Below, piece after piece: positions 27,679-38,763 of a stretch of DNA of 64,000 nucleotides. The position numbers and the translations under genes are program-made. Under the pieces are notes generated by a model, which saw nothing but the letters and a program-made list of their open reading frames with translations, did not search any database and was not told where the DNA came from. Position 1 is the stretch's first letter, and each line of letters starts with the position of its first letter. The stretch is from Bacteroidota bacterium (GTDB lineage: Bacteria; Bacteroidota; Ignavibacteria; SZUA-365), in contig JARYLZ010000008.1 in the NCBI GenBank assembly GCA_029907355.1, forward strand, positions 1,098 through 65,097, in the 5' to 3' direction.

Positions 27679-29172
27679 ATGAATAGAGCCCCCAGCACGG
27701 GTGGGAGAGACGACCAGCCGCGGTTCCGCCGCGAACTCGGTCTCTGGTCGTCGGTCATGGTCGTCGTCGGATCGATGATCGGGTCGGGTATTTTCATCGT
27801 CAGCGCGGATATCGCACGCAACGTCGGTTCACCGGGCTGGCTGCTCATCGTCTGGGTCGTCACGGGGCTCGTCACCCTCGCGGCGGCGCTCAGCTACGGC
27901 GAGCTCGCGGGCATGATGCCCCACGCCGGGGGGCAATACGTCTACCTCCGGGAAGCCTACAACCCGCTCATCGGTTTTCTCTACGGGTGGACCTTGTTCC
28001 TGGTCATCCAGTCGGGAACCATCGCCGCCGTCGCCGTGGCTTTCGCAAAATTCACGTCGGTGTTCGTCCCCTGGTTCGGCGAGGCGAATGTCCTCTTTAC
28101 GGCGGCGGGGAAAAACGTGACGGGGGCCCATCTCCTCGCCGTTCTGAGCGTGTGGGTGCTGACGGCGGTCAATCTCCGCGGTATCCGCGAAGGGAAAATC
28201 GTCCAGGTCCTCTTCACCGTTCTCAAAATCGTCGTCGTCCTGGGCCTGATCGTCGCCGGCCTCATCGTTGCGGCGGACACGGACACATTCGCGCGGAACG
28301 CGGAACGGTTCTGGGATGCGCACCGGGTGGTCATGCGCAACGACGGGAGCGTCGTCATCGAGGCGTTGAGCGGCCCCCTCTTGATCGCCGCCGTCGGCGT
28401 CGCCATGGTCGGCTCTCTCTTCTCCTCGGATGCATGGAACAACATCACCTTCACGGCAGCCGAGGTGATCGAACCGAGGAAGACGATCCCCCTCAGCCTC
28501 GCGATCGGAACAGGGCTCGTGAGCGTGCTCTACATCCTCGCGAACGTGGCATATCTCCACCTGCTCCCCCTGCAGGGGTCTCCGCACGCCGGGGATGTCA
28601 TCGGCCGCGGAATCCAGTTCGCCACGTCGGACCGCGTGGGGACCGCAGCGGCACGAGTCGTGCTCGGGGAAACGGCGGAATACGTCATGGCTGCCCTCGT
28701 CATGATTTCCACGTTCGGTTGCAACAACGGCCTCATCCTGGCGGGCGCACGAGTGTCGTTCGCGATGGCGCGCGACGGTCTTTTTTTCCGTACCGTCGGG
28801 AAGTTGAACTCCCGCTCCGTGCCGGGGGCCGCGCTCGTTCTCCAGGCAGTGTGGACTTCCCTCCTCTGTGTGAGCGGCACGTACAGCGACCTGCTCGACT
28901 ACGTCATTTTCGCCGTTCTCATTTTCTATATCCTGACCATCGGCGGGCTGTTCATCCTGCGTCGAAAGGAACCGGACGCAGAACGCCCTTACCGGGCTTT
29001 CGGCTACCCCGTCGTGCCCGCCCTCTACATCGCCGTCGCTTTCGCCGTCTCGCTGGATCTCCTCGTCTTCAAGCCTGCTTATACGTGGCCGGGGTTGCTC
29101 ATCGTCCTCCTCGGCATCCCCGCATTTTTCGCCTGGAGAAGGTTTCGAAAAACGAGCGAAATCCCAGCATGA
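27679..29172 (+). CDS. APC-family amino acid permease
   Basis: GSMIGSGIF, YGELAGMMPHAGGQYVYL, SSDAWNN and ERPYRAFGYP motifs. Confidence 0.92.
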   Translation: MNRAPSTGGRDDQPRFRRELGLWSSVMVVVGSMIGSGIFIVSADIARNVGSPGWLLIVWVVTGLVTLAAALSYGELAGMMPHAGGQYVYLREAYNPLIGFLYGWTLFLVIQSGTIAAVAVAFAKFTSVFVPWFGEANVLFTAAGKNVTGAHLLAVLSVWVLTAVNLRGIREGKIVQVLFTVLKIVVVLGLIVAGLIVAADTDTFARNAERFWDAHRVVMRNDGSVVIEALSGPLLIAAVGVAMVGSLFSSDAWNNITFTAAEVIEPRKTIPLSLAIGTGLVSVLYILANVAYLHLLPLQGSPHAGDVIGRGIQFATSDRVGTAAARVVLGETAEYVMAALVMISTFGCNNGLILAGARVSFAMARDGLFFRTVGKLNSRSVPGAALVLQAVWTSLLCVSGTYSDLLDYVIFAVLIFYILTIGGLFILRRKEPDAERPYRAFGYPVVPALYIAVAFAVSLDLLVFKPAYTWPGLLIVLLGIPAFFAWRRFRKTSEIPA

Positions 29173-29380
29173 AGCGTGCCAGCGAACACGATCGAGGGAA
29201 CGACTCGTACCCTCTGCGCCATCAACGAAAGCGTGCGCCCGATGCCTTCGCGTCTTCTTCCCCCTGCCTGGAATCTTTCCATCCTTTCCGATGTTCATTT
29301 GAATGATCGACGGGATGAACCTCGCACGGTCGAGTGAAGCCAGCTCAACGAACGGACCCGATACCCGGAGACATCGTGGA

Positions 29381-30826
29381 ATGAACATGGAAGAAAAACC
29401 TCTCGAACAACTCGTCCAGCAGGAGTACCGGTACGGTTTCGTTACCGATATCGAGACGGACGTTTTTCCCAAAGGCCTGAACGAGAAGATCATCCGCATG
29501 ATTTCTGAGCGGAAAGAAGAACCGGCGTGGCTCACCGAATGGCGTTTGAACGCTTTCCGTCGTTGGAAGGAGATGGAGGAACCGCACTGGATCAATGCCG
29601 TTTACCCCCCAATCGACTACCAAGACATCCGGTATTACGCCGCTCCGCGCGACCGACGCAAACCGCGGAGCATCGACGAGGTCCAGCCGGAGATCCTCGA
29701 GACCTACGAGAAACTCGGCATCCCCCTGCGCGAACAGGAGCGCCTCTCCGGCGTCGCCGTAGATGCCGTTTTCGATAGCGTGTCCGTCGCCACGACCTTC
29801 AAGGAGAAATTGGCCGAACAGGGGATCATTTTCTGCTCGTTCTCCGAAGCGGTGCGCGAACACCCCGACCTCGTGCGGAAGTACCTCGGCAGTGTCGTCC
29901 CAGCTTCCGACAATTTCTTCGCGGCCTTGAACTCGGCGGTCTTCAGCGACGGATCTTTCATTTACGTCCCGAAAGGTGTGCGTTGCCCGATGGAACTGTC
30001 CACGTACTTCCGGATCAACAGTTCCGAGACGGGCCAGTTCGAGCGGACCCTCATCATCGCAGACGAGGGGGCATCCCTGAGCTATCTCGAAGGGTGTACC
30101 GCCCCTATCCGTGACGAGAACCAGCTGCACGCCGCCGTCGTCGAACTCATCGCCCTCGACGGGGCCGACATCAAATACTCCACGGTCCAGAATTGGTACC
30201 CCGGCGACGCCGAAGGTCGAGGGGGGATTTACAATTTCGTCACGAAACGCGGGCTCTGCGCAGGCAGGAAATCGAAGATATCCTGGACACAGGTCGAGAC
30301 GGGGGCTTCCATCACATGGAAATACCCCGGTTGTATCTTGAAGGGGGACGAGTCGGTCGGCGAGTTCTACTCCGTCGCGGTGACGAACCGGCACCAGCAG
30401 GCCGACACGGGGACGAAAATGATCCACATCGGGAAGAACACGCGTTCGACCATCGTCTCGAAGGGGATCTCCGCGGGGGAGAGCAGGAACACATACCGCG
30501 GTCTGGTCAGCATTCTCCCCTCCGCCGACGGCGCGCGGAATTTCTCCCGCTGCGACTCGATGCTCATCGGCGACCGTTCGGGCGCCTCCACGTTCCCCGT
30601 CATCGACGTGAGGAACCCGACGGCGCAGATGGAGCACGAAGCGAGCACCTCGCGCATCGGGGAGGACCAGATTTTCTACTGCAACCAGCGCGGCATTTCC
30701 ACGGAAGACGCGGTCGCGATGATCGTGAACGGCTTTTGCAAGGAGGTATTCCGCGAGCTTCCCATGGAATTCGCCGTCGAGGCACAGAAACTTCTCGGCG
30801 TCACGCTCGAGGGCGGCGTCGGTTGA
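29381..30826 (+). CDS. sufB: Fe-S cluster assembly protein SufB
   Basis: [39 protein letters not shown] and [14 protein letters not shown] motifs. Start is 29381 or 29387. Confidence 0.97.
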   Translation: MNMEEKPLEQLVQQEYRYGFVTDIETDVFPKGLNEKIIRMISERKEEPAWLTEWRLNAFRRWKEMEEPHWINAVYPPIDYQDIRYYAAPRDRRKPRSIDEVQPEILETYEKLGIPLREQERLSGVAVDAVFDSVSVATTFKEKLAEQGIIFCSFSEAVREHPDLVRKYLGSVVPASDNFFAALNSAVFSDGSFIYVPKGVRCPMELSTYFRINSSETGQFERTLIIADEGASLSYLEGCTAPIRDENQLHAAVVELIALDGADIKYSTVQNWYPGDAEGRGGIYNFVTKRGLCAGRKSKISWTQVETGASITWKYPGCILKGDESVGEFYSVAVTNRHQQADTGTKMIHIGKNTRSTIVSKGISAGESRNTYRGLVSILPSADGARNFSRCDSMLIGDRSGASTFPVIDVRNPTAQMEHEASTSRIGEDQIFYCNQRGISTEDAVAMIVNGFCKEVFRELPMEFAVEAQKLLGVTLEGGVG

Positions 30827-30862
30827 CGCGCATCCCGAGCCATTTCAATGGACACACAACCC

Positions 30863-31633
30863 ATGCTACTCGAAATCCGCAATCTCCACGCTTCCGTCGA
30901 AGGGAAACCGATTCTGAAAGGGCTCACCCTCTCGGTGGACGCCGGCGAGGTCCACGCCATCATGGGGCCGAACGGTTCCGGCAAGAGCACCCTCGCCAAC
31001 GTCCTCGCGGGGCGCGACCACTACGAAGTCACCGAGGGTGAAGTGCTGTACCGCGGCCGAAACCTCCTCGGCATGTCGCCCGAGGAACGCGCCCGGGAGG
31101 GCGTTTTCCTCGCCTTCCAGTATCCGGTCGAAATCCCCGGCGTGAGCAATGCCTATTTTCTCAGGACCGCACTCAACGCCGTCCGCAAGGCTCGCGGTCT
31201 CGAGGAACTCGATGCCCTCGATTTCCTCGAGTTCCTCCGCGGGAAGATCGAACTCGTCGAAATGGACGATTCGCTCCTCCAGCGATCCGTGAACGAGGGG
31301 TTTTCCGGCGGCGAGAAGAAACGCAACGAAATCCTTCAAATGGCCGTGCTCGAACCGACGCTCGCGGTCCTCGACGAAACGGACTCCGGACTCGACATCG
31401 ACGCATTGCGCGTCGTGGCGGGTGGTGTGAACGCTTTGCGCTCGGCGGAGAACGCCATGCTCGTGGTAACCCATTACCAGCGACTGCTGAACTACATCGT
31501 CCCCGACCGGGTCCACGTCCTCTTCGACGGGAGGATCATCCGTTCGGGGGATAAAACGCTCGCATTCCGCCTGGAAGAAGAGGGATACGACTGGGCGAAA
31601 TCCCCGCCGGAAACCAACCGTGCAGTCGCGTGA
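30863..31633 (+). CDS. sufC: Fe-S cluster assembly ATPase SufC
   Basis: [30 protein letters not shown] and [13 protein letters not shown] motifs. Confidence 0.97.
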   Translation: MLLEIRNLHASVEGKPILKGLTLSVDAGEVHAIMGPNGSGKSTLANVLAGRDHYEVTEGEVLYRGRNLLGMSPEERAREGVFLAFQYPVEIPGVSNAYFLRTALNAVRKARGLEELDALDFLEFLRGKIELVEMDDSLLQRSVNEGFSGGEKKRNEILQMAVLEPTLAVLDETDSGLDIDALRVVAGGVNALRSAENAMLVVTHYQRLLNYIVPDRVHVLFDGRIIRSGDKTLAFRLEEEGYDWAKSPPETNRAVA

Positions 31634-31643
31634 GGCTTCCGTC

Positions 31644-32969
31644 ATGGCCCCAGTCACCTTCGAACCCGTCGATGCATTCACGGCACGGCACCGCGACTTC
31701 ACCAGGGAAGTCGACGGCGCGACGCACCCCGTCATCCAGGCCCTTCGCGAATCCGCGATCGCACGCGTCTCCTCGATCGGCTTCCCGACGCGGAAACATG
31801 AGGAGTGGCGTACGACGGACCTTACGCCCGTGTATGCGACACCTTTTTCGCCTGCAATCCCCGACCCGGGATCGGCAGTCGAGATCCCGCTGCCCGCGAA
31901 ACTTTTCCTCGAAGCGTCTTCACCGCTCGCGGTCTTTGTGGACGGTATTTTCGTAACGCGCTTGTCCCGTACGCCGACCGACGGTCACGGCGTCACCGTT
32001 TCCGCACTCAGCAGGATGCTCGACGAGTCGGGGGATTTCCGTGCCCTGCTCGAGAGTTACGACGAGAGCCGTGCGGACGTCTTCGCCGAGTTGAACAGCG
32101 CATTCCTCGTCGACGGCGCCGCCGTGCAGGTTGAGGACGGAAAGGGTTCCGACCGGCCGGTCGTCCTGCTCCACCTCTCGACCGCTGCGGGAGGTCCACG
32201 ACACGTCTCTCCGCGCACCGCCGTCATCGCGGGTCGGGGCAGCCGCCTCCGCCTCGTCGAAATCCACGCATCGCTTGGTGACGGGCGTACCTTCACGAAT
32301 GCCCGCACGGATATCAGCCTTCATGCCGAGTCGACGATGGAGTATGTCCGAGTTCTCGTCGAAAACGAGGGAACGATTCACATCGATCGGACGAGCGTCC
32401 TGCAGGAAACGGAAAGCACCGCCGCGACGCATTCCTTCGTGTTCGGCGGCGGTACCGTCCGGCACAACCTCGTGCACACGCTGGACGGAGAGGGGGCGGA
32501 AGCCCGCTTGTTCGGGCTGGTCCTTGCGGACGGCAGACGCCGTGTGGACAATGTCACGCGGATCGAACACGCTCGACCTTCCACGCGGAGTTTCGAACGG
32601 TACAAGGGCATCGTCGCGGGCGAAGCCCGCCACAGTTTCACGGGCCGGATCGTCGTCCGTCCCGATGCCGCGAAAACGGACGCGCGTCAGACCATCGCCA
32701 ACCTCCTCCTTGGCGCCCGCGCATCCGCCGAGGTGAAACCCCAGCTCGAGATCCTCTCCGATGACGTCCGCTGCACTCATGGTGCGACGGTAGGACGCCT
32801 CGACCCGGACGCTCTGTTCTACCTGCGTTCCCGTGGTATCGACGCCGACGAGGCGCAGCGAATCCTCACGCGGGCTTTCGCCGTAGAGATGCTCGACGAA
32901 ATCGGCGAGGAGTGGATGCGCCGGTCTCTCGACACCCTTCTCCAGGACAGATTACGCCGGATCCTCTGA
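31644..32969 (+). CDS. sufD: Fe-S cluster assembly protein SufD
   Basis: FPTRKHEEWR.T, KPQLEILSDDVRCTHGATVG and LFYLRSRGI motifs; position in the suf operon. Confidence 0.93.
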   Translation: MAPVTFEPVDAFTARHRDFTREVDGATHPVIQALRESAIARVSSIGFPTRKHEEWRTTDLTPVYATPFSPAIPDPGSAVEIPLPAKLFLEASSPLAVFVDGIFVTRLSRTPTDGHGVTVSALSRMLDESGDFRALLESYDESRADVFAELNSAFLVDGAAVQVEDGKGSDRPVVLLHLSTAAGGPRHVSPRTAVIAGRGSRLRLVEIHASLGDGRTFTNARTDISLHAESTMEYVRVLVENEGTIHIDRTSVLQETESTAATHSFVFGGGTVRHNLVHTLDGEGAEARLFGLVLADGRRRVDNVTRIEHARPSTRSFERYKGIVAGEARHSFTGRIVVRPDAAKTDARQTIANLLLGARASAEVKPQLEILSDDVRCTHGATVGRLDPDALFYLRSRGIDADEAQRILTRAFAVEMLDEIGEEWMRRSLDTLLQDRLRRIL

Positions 32970-34249
32970 TGGAAGACATTCCCTGTTGCCCGCCCGACAT
33001 CGAACGTGCCGCCGGTACGAGCGGCATTCCGCGAATCGACCCCCGCGTCGTACGGCAGGATTTCCCGATTTTCACCCGCACCTACCGGGACCGTCCGCTC
33101 GTGTACCTCGACAGCGCGGCCTCGACGCAGAAACCCGCCGCGGTCATCGACGCGGTGCGTTCTTTCTACGAGGAGCACTACGCGAACATTCACCGGGGCG
33201 TCTACCATTTGAGCCAGATCGCCACGGCGCGTTTCGAGGCGGTGCGCGAGAAAGTCCGCGACTTCATCCATGCCGCTTCCTCGAGGGAAATCGTTTTCAC
33301 GGGCGGCACGACGGACGGCATCAACCTCGTCGCGCGGAGTTACGCGCGCGACCATATCCGCGAGGGCGACGAGATCATTCTCTCGACGATGGAACACCAC
33401 GCGAATATCGTCCCCTGGCAGATGGTCTGCGAGGAACGCGGAGCCCGCCTGCGCGTCATCCCGATGACCGACGAGGGCGAACTCCTGATCGACGAGTACG
33501 AAAAGCTCTTCGGTCCCCGCACGCGGATCGTCGCCGTCACGCACGTATCGAACGCGCTCGGCACGGTCAACCCCATCCGCCGGATGGTCCGCGTCGCCCA
33601 CGAGCACGGTGTTCCGGTCCTCGTAGACGGTGCCCAGTCCGTCCAGCACATGCCGATCGACGTACGTGATTTGGACTGCGACTTTTTCGTCTTCAGCGGG
33701 CACAAGATGTACGGACCGACAGGTGTCGGCGTCCTCTACGCGAAATCCGACTGGCTCGAACGGCTTCCGCCCGTCCGCGGGGGGGGTGACATGATCCTCT
33801 CCGTCTCGTTCGAGAAAACCGTTTACAACAAGCCGCCGTACAAGTTCGAGGCCGGGACACCGAACATCGCGGGCGTCATCGGGCTCGGCGCGGCGATCGA
33901 TTATCTCCGCGCCCTCGACATGCGAGCGGTCGCCGTCCACGAGCATGCCCTCCTCGAGCAGGCGACGGAGCGTATGCGCGCCATCCCCGGTGTGCGCCTG
34001 ATCGGGACGGCGCCGGAACGCGCGGGTGTCCTCTCCTTCATGCTCTGTGCCGTTCACCCCCACGATATCGGGACCATTCTCGACCAGGACGGCGTTGCGA
34101 TACGGGCCGGTCATCACTGCGCGCAGCCGACCATGCAGCGCCTGGGCATCCCGGCGACAGCCCGCGCATCCTTCGGCGTCTACAATACCGACGAGGATAT
34201 CGCCGCTCTCATCGCGGCCGTAGAACATGTCTTGAAGGTGTTCTCATGA
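32969..34249 (+). CDS. sufS: Cysteine desulfurase SufS
   Basis: YLDSAASTQKP, SGHKMYGPTG, FEAGTP and IRAGHHCAQP motifs. The start overlaps the sufD stop (TGATG). Confidence 0.95.
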   Translation: MEDIPCCPPDIERAAGTSGIPRIDPRVVRQDFPIFTRTYRDRPLVYLDSAASTQKPAAVIDAVRSFYEEHYANIHRGVYHLSQIATARFEAVREKVRDFIHAASSREIVFTGGTTDGINLVARSYARDHIREGDEIILSTMEHHANIVPWQMVCEERGARLRVIPMTDEGELLIDEYEKLFGPRTRIVAVTHVSNALGTVNPIRRMVRVAHEHGVPVLVDGAQSVQHMPIDVRDLDCDFFVFSGHKMYGPTGVGVLYAKSDWLERLPPVRGGGDMILSVSFEKTVYNKPPYKFEAGTPNIAGVIGLGAAIDYLRALDMRAVAVHEHALLEQATERMRAIPGVRLIGTAPERAGVLSFMLCAVHPHDIGTILDQDGVAIRAGHHCAQPTMQRLGIPATARASFGVYNTDEDIAALIAAVEHVLKVFS

Positions 34250-34725
34250 GCAACGACATCCACGACCTCTACCAGGAACTGATCCTCGACCATAACCGCT
34301 CACCGAGGAATTTCCGTGTCATAGAGGACGCCGATGTGCAGCGGGAAGGCTTCAATCCGCTCTGCGGCGACCACTACACCGTATACCTGAAACTCGACGG
34401 CGATGTCGTGGCGGATGTGAGCTTCCATGGGTCGGGGTGTGCCATATCGAAAGCGTCCGCTTCCATGATGACCACGATGGTCAAGGGCAAAACGCGCGAC
34501 GAGATCCGAAAGCTTTTCGAACGCTTCCATGCCGTGGTTACCGGCACGGAACGAGCAGGCGGATCCAGCGAAGAACTCGGCAAGCTGGCCGTGTTCGCCG
34601 GTATTTCGGAATACCCGTCGCGCGTGAAATGCGCCACTCTTCCCTGGCACACCCTCCACGAGGCACTGTTCGGCCCCCCGCCGGATATCGAATCGAGCGG
34701 GGCGACGACGGTCACCGCGGAATGA
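34246..34725 (+). CDS. sufU: SUF system NifU-family sulfur-transfer protein SufU
   Basis: LYQELILDH, NPLCGD, GCAISKASAS and RVKCATL motifs. Confidence 0.93.
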   Translation: MSNDIHDLYQELILDHNRSPRNFRVIEDADVQREGFNPLCGDHYTVYLKLDGDVVADVSFHGSGCAISKASASMMTTMVKGKTRDEIRKLFERFHAVVTGTERAGGSSEELGKLAVFAGISEYPSRVKCATLPWHTLHEALFGPPPDIESSGATTVTAE

Positions 34726-34762
34726 GACGAGCGCAGCAGCGTGGAGACATGTGCCCGTACGT

Positions 34763-34802
34763 CTCTCCGCATGCAAGACCGCACACCCGCTCATGCGGAG
34801 AG
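34763..34802. terminator. Inverted repeat between convergent sufU and rsmB; possible terminator
   Basis: ctctccgcatg (34763-34773) pairs with catgcggagag (34792-34802). No U-tract. Confidence 0.4.
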
Positions 34803-34811
34803 TCGTAGAGG

Positions 34812-36179
34812 TCACTTTTTCCTGGCGACGCGTGCGGCGAACGCCCCGTCCATGCGATGACGGTGCGGGAGTGTCTCCATGAACCCCTCGCCCGTCACGA
34901 GCTGAGGGGCGAGGAAAGCCCGTGCGTTCTCCACCGAGAATTCCGGGTGCCTCTCGAGGAACGAACGCATCTGCCACGCGTTCTCTTCCGGTTCGGTCGT
35001 GCACGTGCTGTATACGAGAACGCCGCCGGGACGCACGAGATGGGCGGCATGGTCGAGTATCGTTCGCTGGATCTCCGCCATCTTCCGAATATCGTCCTGC
35101 TCGCGCTTCCACTTGATGTCCGGCTTCTTGCACAGCACGCCGAGGCCGGTACACGGAGCATCCACGAGCACTTTGTCCGCCGGCGGGAGGTCGACGATCG
35201 ATGCATCCCCCTCGACGGTCTCGATGATGGTGATACCGAGACGCTCGGCAGTCGCTCGGACGAGCCCGAGACGAGCAGGGGAGAGATCCACGGCAACGAT
35301 TCTCCCCTCGTTCCGCATCATCTCGGCGGCATGGACGGATTTTCCGCCCGGGGCGGCGCAGAGGTCGTACACCGTTTCTCCGGGGCGCGGCGCGAGAAGG
35401 CGACCCACCAATCCCTGACTCTCGTCCTGGATGGTGAACAAGCCGTCGAGAAACGCTCTCGTCTGGCGGATGTTCGGGAGATTCCTCACGGTGACGTAAT
35501 CCTCCAGGAAAAAGCACCGTCGGTAATCGATGCACATCTCCGTGAGCGTCTCGAGAAACGCGCGGTAATCGGTGCGGAGAGGATTATAGCGCAACGTGAG
35601 GAAAGGGCGCATGTTGTTCGCCTTGAGCAGTGACTCGGTCTGCTCGAAGCCGTACCGTGCATGCCAGCGGCGCACGAGCCACATCGGGTGGGAATGGACG
35701 ACGGAGAGGTACTGGAACTCGTCGCCGGACGCGAGGGGGTAATGGATGTTCTCGATGTTGCGCGCGATGTTCCGCAGCAACCCGTTGATGGTATCCGCCG
35801 GTTTCTGCCCGCGGAACCGCTTGACGAATTCCACCGCCTCGTTCACGGCCGCGTGGTGCGGGATCCGTGTCAGGAAGAGGATCTGGTACAAGCCGACACG
35901 AAGGGCGTTCCGGATCTCCGGTTCGATTTTCCCATAGGCCCCGCGGTAGAAACTCGTGAGCACCCAGTCGAGCCTGAGAAGGTTCCGCATGACGCCGTGG
36001 ACCAGCTCGTTCAAAAGCCGTTTATCGAGCGGGTTGAACTCCCCGCCTGCCATCTCGGCGTCGAGGAGCCTGTCGAGGTACGCGTCCGTCCTCTCGATAC
36101 GGGTAAGGATCTTCACCGCGGTCCCGCGGACGCCCTTGTACACCTCGGGGGGATATTCCGCTTGCTGTTCCATGCGCAT
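34812..36179 (-). CDS. rsmB: 16S rRNA m5C967 methyltransferase RsmB
   Basis: NusB-like N-terminus (AAVNEAVE), SHP.WL, QDESQ, DLCAAPGGKS, DAPCTG and YSTCT..PEEN motifs. Confidence 0.95.
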   Translation of the reverse strand: MRMEQQAEYPPEVYKGVRGTAVKILTRIERTDAYLDRLLDAEMAGGEFNPLDKRLLNELVHGVMRNLLRLDWVLTSFYRGAYGKIEPEIRNALRVGLYQILFLTRIPHHAAVNEAVEFVKRFRGQKPADTINGLLRNIARNIENIHYPLASGDEFQYLSVVHSHPMWLVRRWHARYGFEQTESLLKANNMRPFLTLRYNPLRTDYRAFLETLTEMCIDYRRCFFLEDYVTVRNLPNIRQTRAFLDGLFTIQDESQGLVGRLLAPRPGETVYDLCAAPGGKSVHAAEMMRNEGRIVAVDLSPARLGLVRATAERLGITIIETVEGDASIVDLPPADKVLVDAPCTGLGVLCKKPDIKWKREQDDIRKMAEIQRTILDHAAHLVRPGGVLVYSTCTTEPEENAWQMRSFLERHPEFSVENARAFLAPQLVTGEGFMETLPHRHRMDGAFAARVARKK

Positions 36180-36190
36180 CGCGTCGGTTG

Positions 36191-37444
36191 TCACGTTCCG
36201 CGCCAGGCCGCACGCTGGTGTGCGGTCGCATCGAAGACGGCCCGCAGGAGACGACGTTCGGGCTCGGTGAAGCGGCACCCCCGCCGCGCCATGACGGTCT
36301 CCGCCACGGCGGCGCACATTTCGAAGCGGTACTCCTTGAACCCGTTTTCCCCACCCCACGCGAAACTGGGGATATAGGCGGGGAAGTAGCCGGCGCCGAA
36401 GAGATTTACGCATACACCGACCGACGTCCCCGTCGTGAGCATGGAGTTGATGCCGCATTTCGAATGGTCGGCCATGATCGTCCCGAGGAACATCGTCCCG
36501 GTGTCGTACTCGGTGCCCTCGAGCGTCATACGGATGTTCCGGTAGGTGTTCTTCAAATCGCTCGTGTTCGTGTCGGCGCCGAGATTGGTCCACGCCGCGA
36601 AATAGGAGTGACCGGCGAAGCCCTCGTGCTGTTTGTTCGCGTAGGAATGGAAAATCGTCCCTTCCACTTCCCCTCCGACTTTGCACACCGGCCCGATGGA
36701 GGTCCCGGCGTATATCTTCGCCCCGATCTTGATCTTCGATTGCGGCCCGACGTACACCGGTCCGACGAGTACGGCGTTGTGCATGATCTCCGCCCCGCGA
36801 TCCAGGACGATGGGCCCCCCGGACGCGTCGAGTACGACTCCCTCCCCGAGCCGAGCATCGGCCCCGATAGAGATGTTGCCCGCCTCGACGAGGCGGGTGG
36901 AAGGGGCGAGACACGCGGTCTCGTCGAGGATGCCGAGCGGCACGAGTCGTGCATCCTCGATCATCTGCGCGGGGTTCCGTACGATGATATCCCATGGGAA
37001 GTGGATCCGGCAGGCGGGGACCTCGATATGCGCCGGGGCTTCGACGATTTGCGGACCATCGCCCGCCAGAAGCCCGGCGAAGACCGTATCCCGCCACCGG
37101 TGCGACGATGCGGTGTACCCGATGACGCGATGGTCGGCCAGCAGAACGGCATCCGTCTGGGCTGCATCGACGATGCGGCGCGCAGCGTCGCCGGACAATT
37201 GCACCGTCCCGTCCAGGAATACGACCGGGCAACCGGGGGAAGTGTTCACCGGAGCGTTTTTCCGCTCGCGGACGACCTCCGCCAGATCCGGGCGCACGAC
37301 GGCGCCTAGGTCGGTACCGGGGAACAGGAGGGAGGCACGCTCCCACGGTGTGAACATTCCGCAGCGCAGATCGAACGAGGGCTGGAGGTACGTCAGCGGG
37401 AGCAGGTCCCTGACGTCGCGGTGCTCGTAGAGGATGACGTGCAT
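36191..37444 (-). CDS. GlmU-like putative sugar nucleotidyltransferase / hexapeptide-repeat protein
   Basis: LLPLTY.QP.FDLRCG, KVGGEVE, NKQHEGF.GHSY and NLGADTNTSDLKN motifs typical of the Bacteroidota family. Confidence 0.85.
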   Translation of the reverse strand: MHVILYEHRDVRDLLPLTYLQPSFDLRCGMFTPWERASLLFPGTDLGAVVRPDLAEVVRERKNAPVNTSPGCPVVFLDGTVQLSGDAARRIVDAAQTDAVLLADHRVIGYTASSHRWRDTVFAGLLAGDGPQIVEAPAHIEVPACRIHFPWDIIVRNPAQMIEDARLVPLGILDETACLAPSTRLVEAGNISIGADARLGEGVVLDASGGPIVLDRGAEIMHNAVLVGPVYVGPQSKIKIGAKIYAGTSIGPVCKVGGEVEGTIFHSYANKQHEGFAGHSYFAAWTNLGADTNTSDLKNTYRNIRMTLEGTEYDTGTMFLGTIMADHSKCGINSMLTTGTSVGVCVNLFGAGYFPAYIPSFAWGGENGFKEYRFEMCAAVAETVMARRGCRFTEPERRLLRAVFDATAHQRAAWRGT

Positions 37445-37453
37445 CGATTCTCT

Positions 37454-38368
37454 TCAGTGAAGAAGGAAAGGCTCTTCGTTCAGCAAGCGCATCTGTGCGA
37501 GGAGTGCACGCATCATGTCGCGGTATTCTTCGACATCGGGGGCGAGGCGAACCGTTTCGCGGTAGGCACGGAAAGCGTCCTCGCAAAGCCCTTTCCTCTC
37601 GAAGTAAATCCCGTGGATCAACTGGCGTGTCACGTCGTCCGCGTTCATGGCGGTCAATTCCCGGTCGAGGGATTCCACCTCGCGTTCGATCGCCGACACC
37701 GTGTCCGGGGGGAGGAGCGAGAAGGTCTGGATGTTCGACACTTCCCCGTCCGTCAGGCGCGTGATCTGCCAGTGGTACACGCCCGGACCGGGGATGACCC
37801 CGTTCGGGATACGGGCCGCGAAACCGCTCCCCTCCACGCTCCAGCGCTGGACGATCTGAAAGTTGTCATCGAGGACGAGGATCTCGTATCGGCCGGCGGA
37901 ATCCGTATCGATCCATGTGAAAGTCGGCTGGGCCGTCATGATCGCGCGCGTGGGGAAGACCGCGCTGAACACCGCCTGCTCGCCCCGCACGGCGCCGTAT
38001 TCACCCCCTTCGCGTTTCGTCTTCGTCCGCGAAATCTGCGCGGCGGCGTACTGGAGGATTTTCCCCGCCGCTCCTTCGCCGCTTCCCGCAATCGGTCCCT
38101 GCAGGAACTCCGCGAGCGGCTTTGTCGTGTTTTCGTCCACGCTCACGAGGCGGTCTTCGTTCATCATCAGCTTGACGTAGCTGGCGTACGATGTACGGAT
38201 GATATCCTTCTTCCCCAGCACCATGCCGACCGTGATGCGCTTCCAGTTCTTGCCCTTGGACATGACCTCCACTCTCCCCCGCAGGCTCATCACGATGAAG
38301 GAGTCCTGTGCCTGGAGGCATACCGTCAACAAGCACCCAGCTATCAACCACAGACCGATCGTTCGCAT
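37454..38368 (-). CDS. Exported protein with FecR-like N-terminus, DUF928-like/Ig-like middle and TPR-like C-terminus
   Basis: Signal peptide (…LQA|QD); FecR-like segment GRVEV...DIIRT...VKL; PTFTW...YHWQI; helical C-terminus. Confidence 0.6.
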   Translation of the reverse strand: MRTIGLWLIAGCLLTVCLQAQDSFIVMSLRGRVEVMSKGKNWKRITVGMVLGKKDIIRTSYASYVKLMMNEDRLVSVDENTTKPLAEFLQGPIAGSGEGAAGKILQYAAAQISRTKTKREGGEYGAVRGEQAVFSAVFPTRAIMTAQPTFTWIDTDSAGRYEILVLDDNFQIVQRWSVEGSGFAARIPNGVIPGPGVYHWQITRLTDGEVSNIQTFSLLPPDTVSAIEREVESLDRELTAMNADDVTRQLIHGIYFERKGLCEDAFRAYRETVRLAPDVEEYRDMMRALLAQMRLLNEEPFLLH

Positions 38369-38763
38369 GTTCGCTCCTTGATCCGAGTTTGACAGGGGAA
38401 AATATATGCTTTGAGCGTGTCGTTCAATACGCCGGTGTCGAGCGGCGAATCCCCATCCGGCAAAATCCCCGGTCATCCACGTCCACCGAACGAGTCGGAA
38501 ACTCCCCGCGCGGAATCGACGACGAAGACGGTTCCCGCACGTGTTCCGATCGTGCAGTCGCGCCATCGAAAGCACATGATCGGGAGACAGGACCGGTCGA
38601 TTCGGTGCTGTTACGCTTCCTTCGTGTCTCTCATCATTGACCCCCTTTGCTCCGTGACCAACGGCCGGTAGCAGCTCATCCCGCTGTCGGACATTTCAAA
38701 ATCGATCGTATATGCCGTTTCGAGCGATGGATGATCCCCGCCGCCGGGGGGGACGGAATCCGT

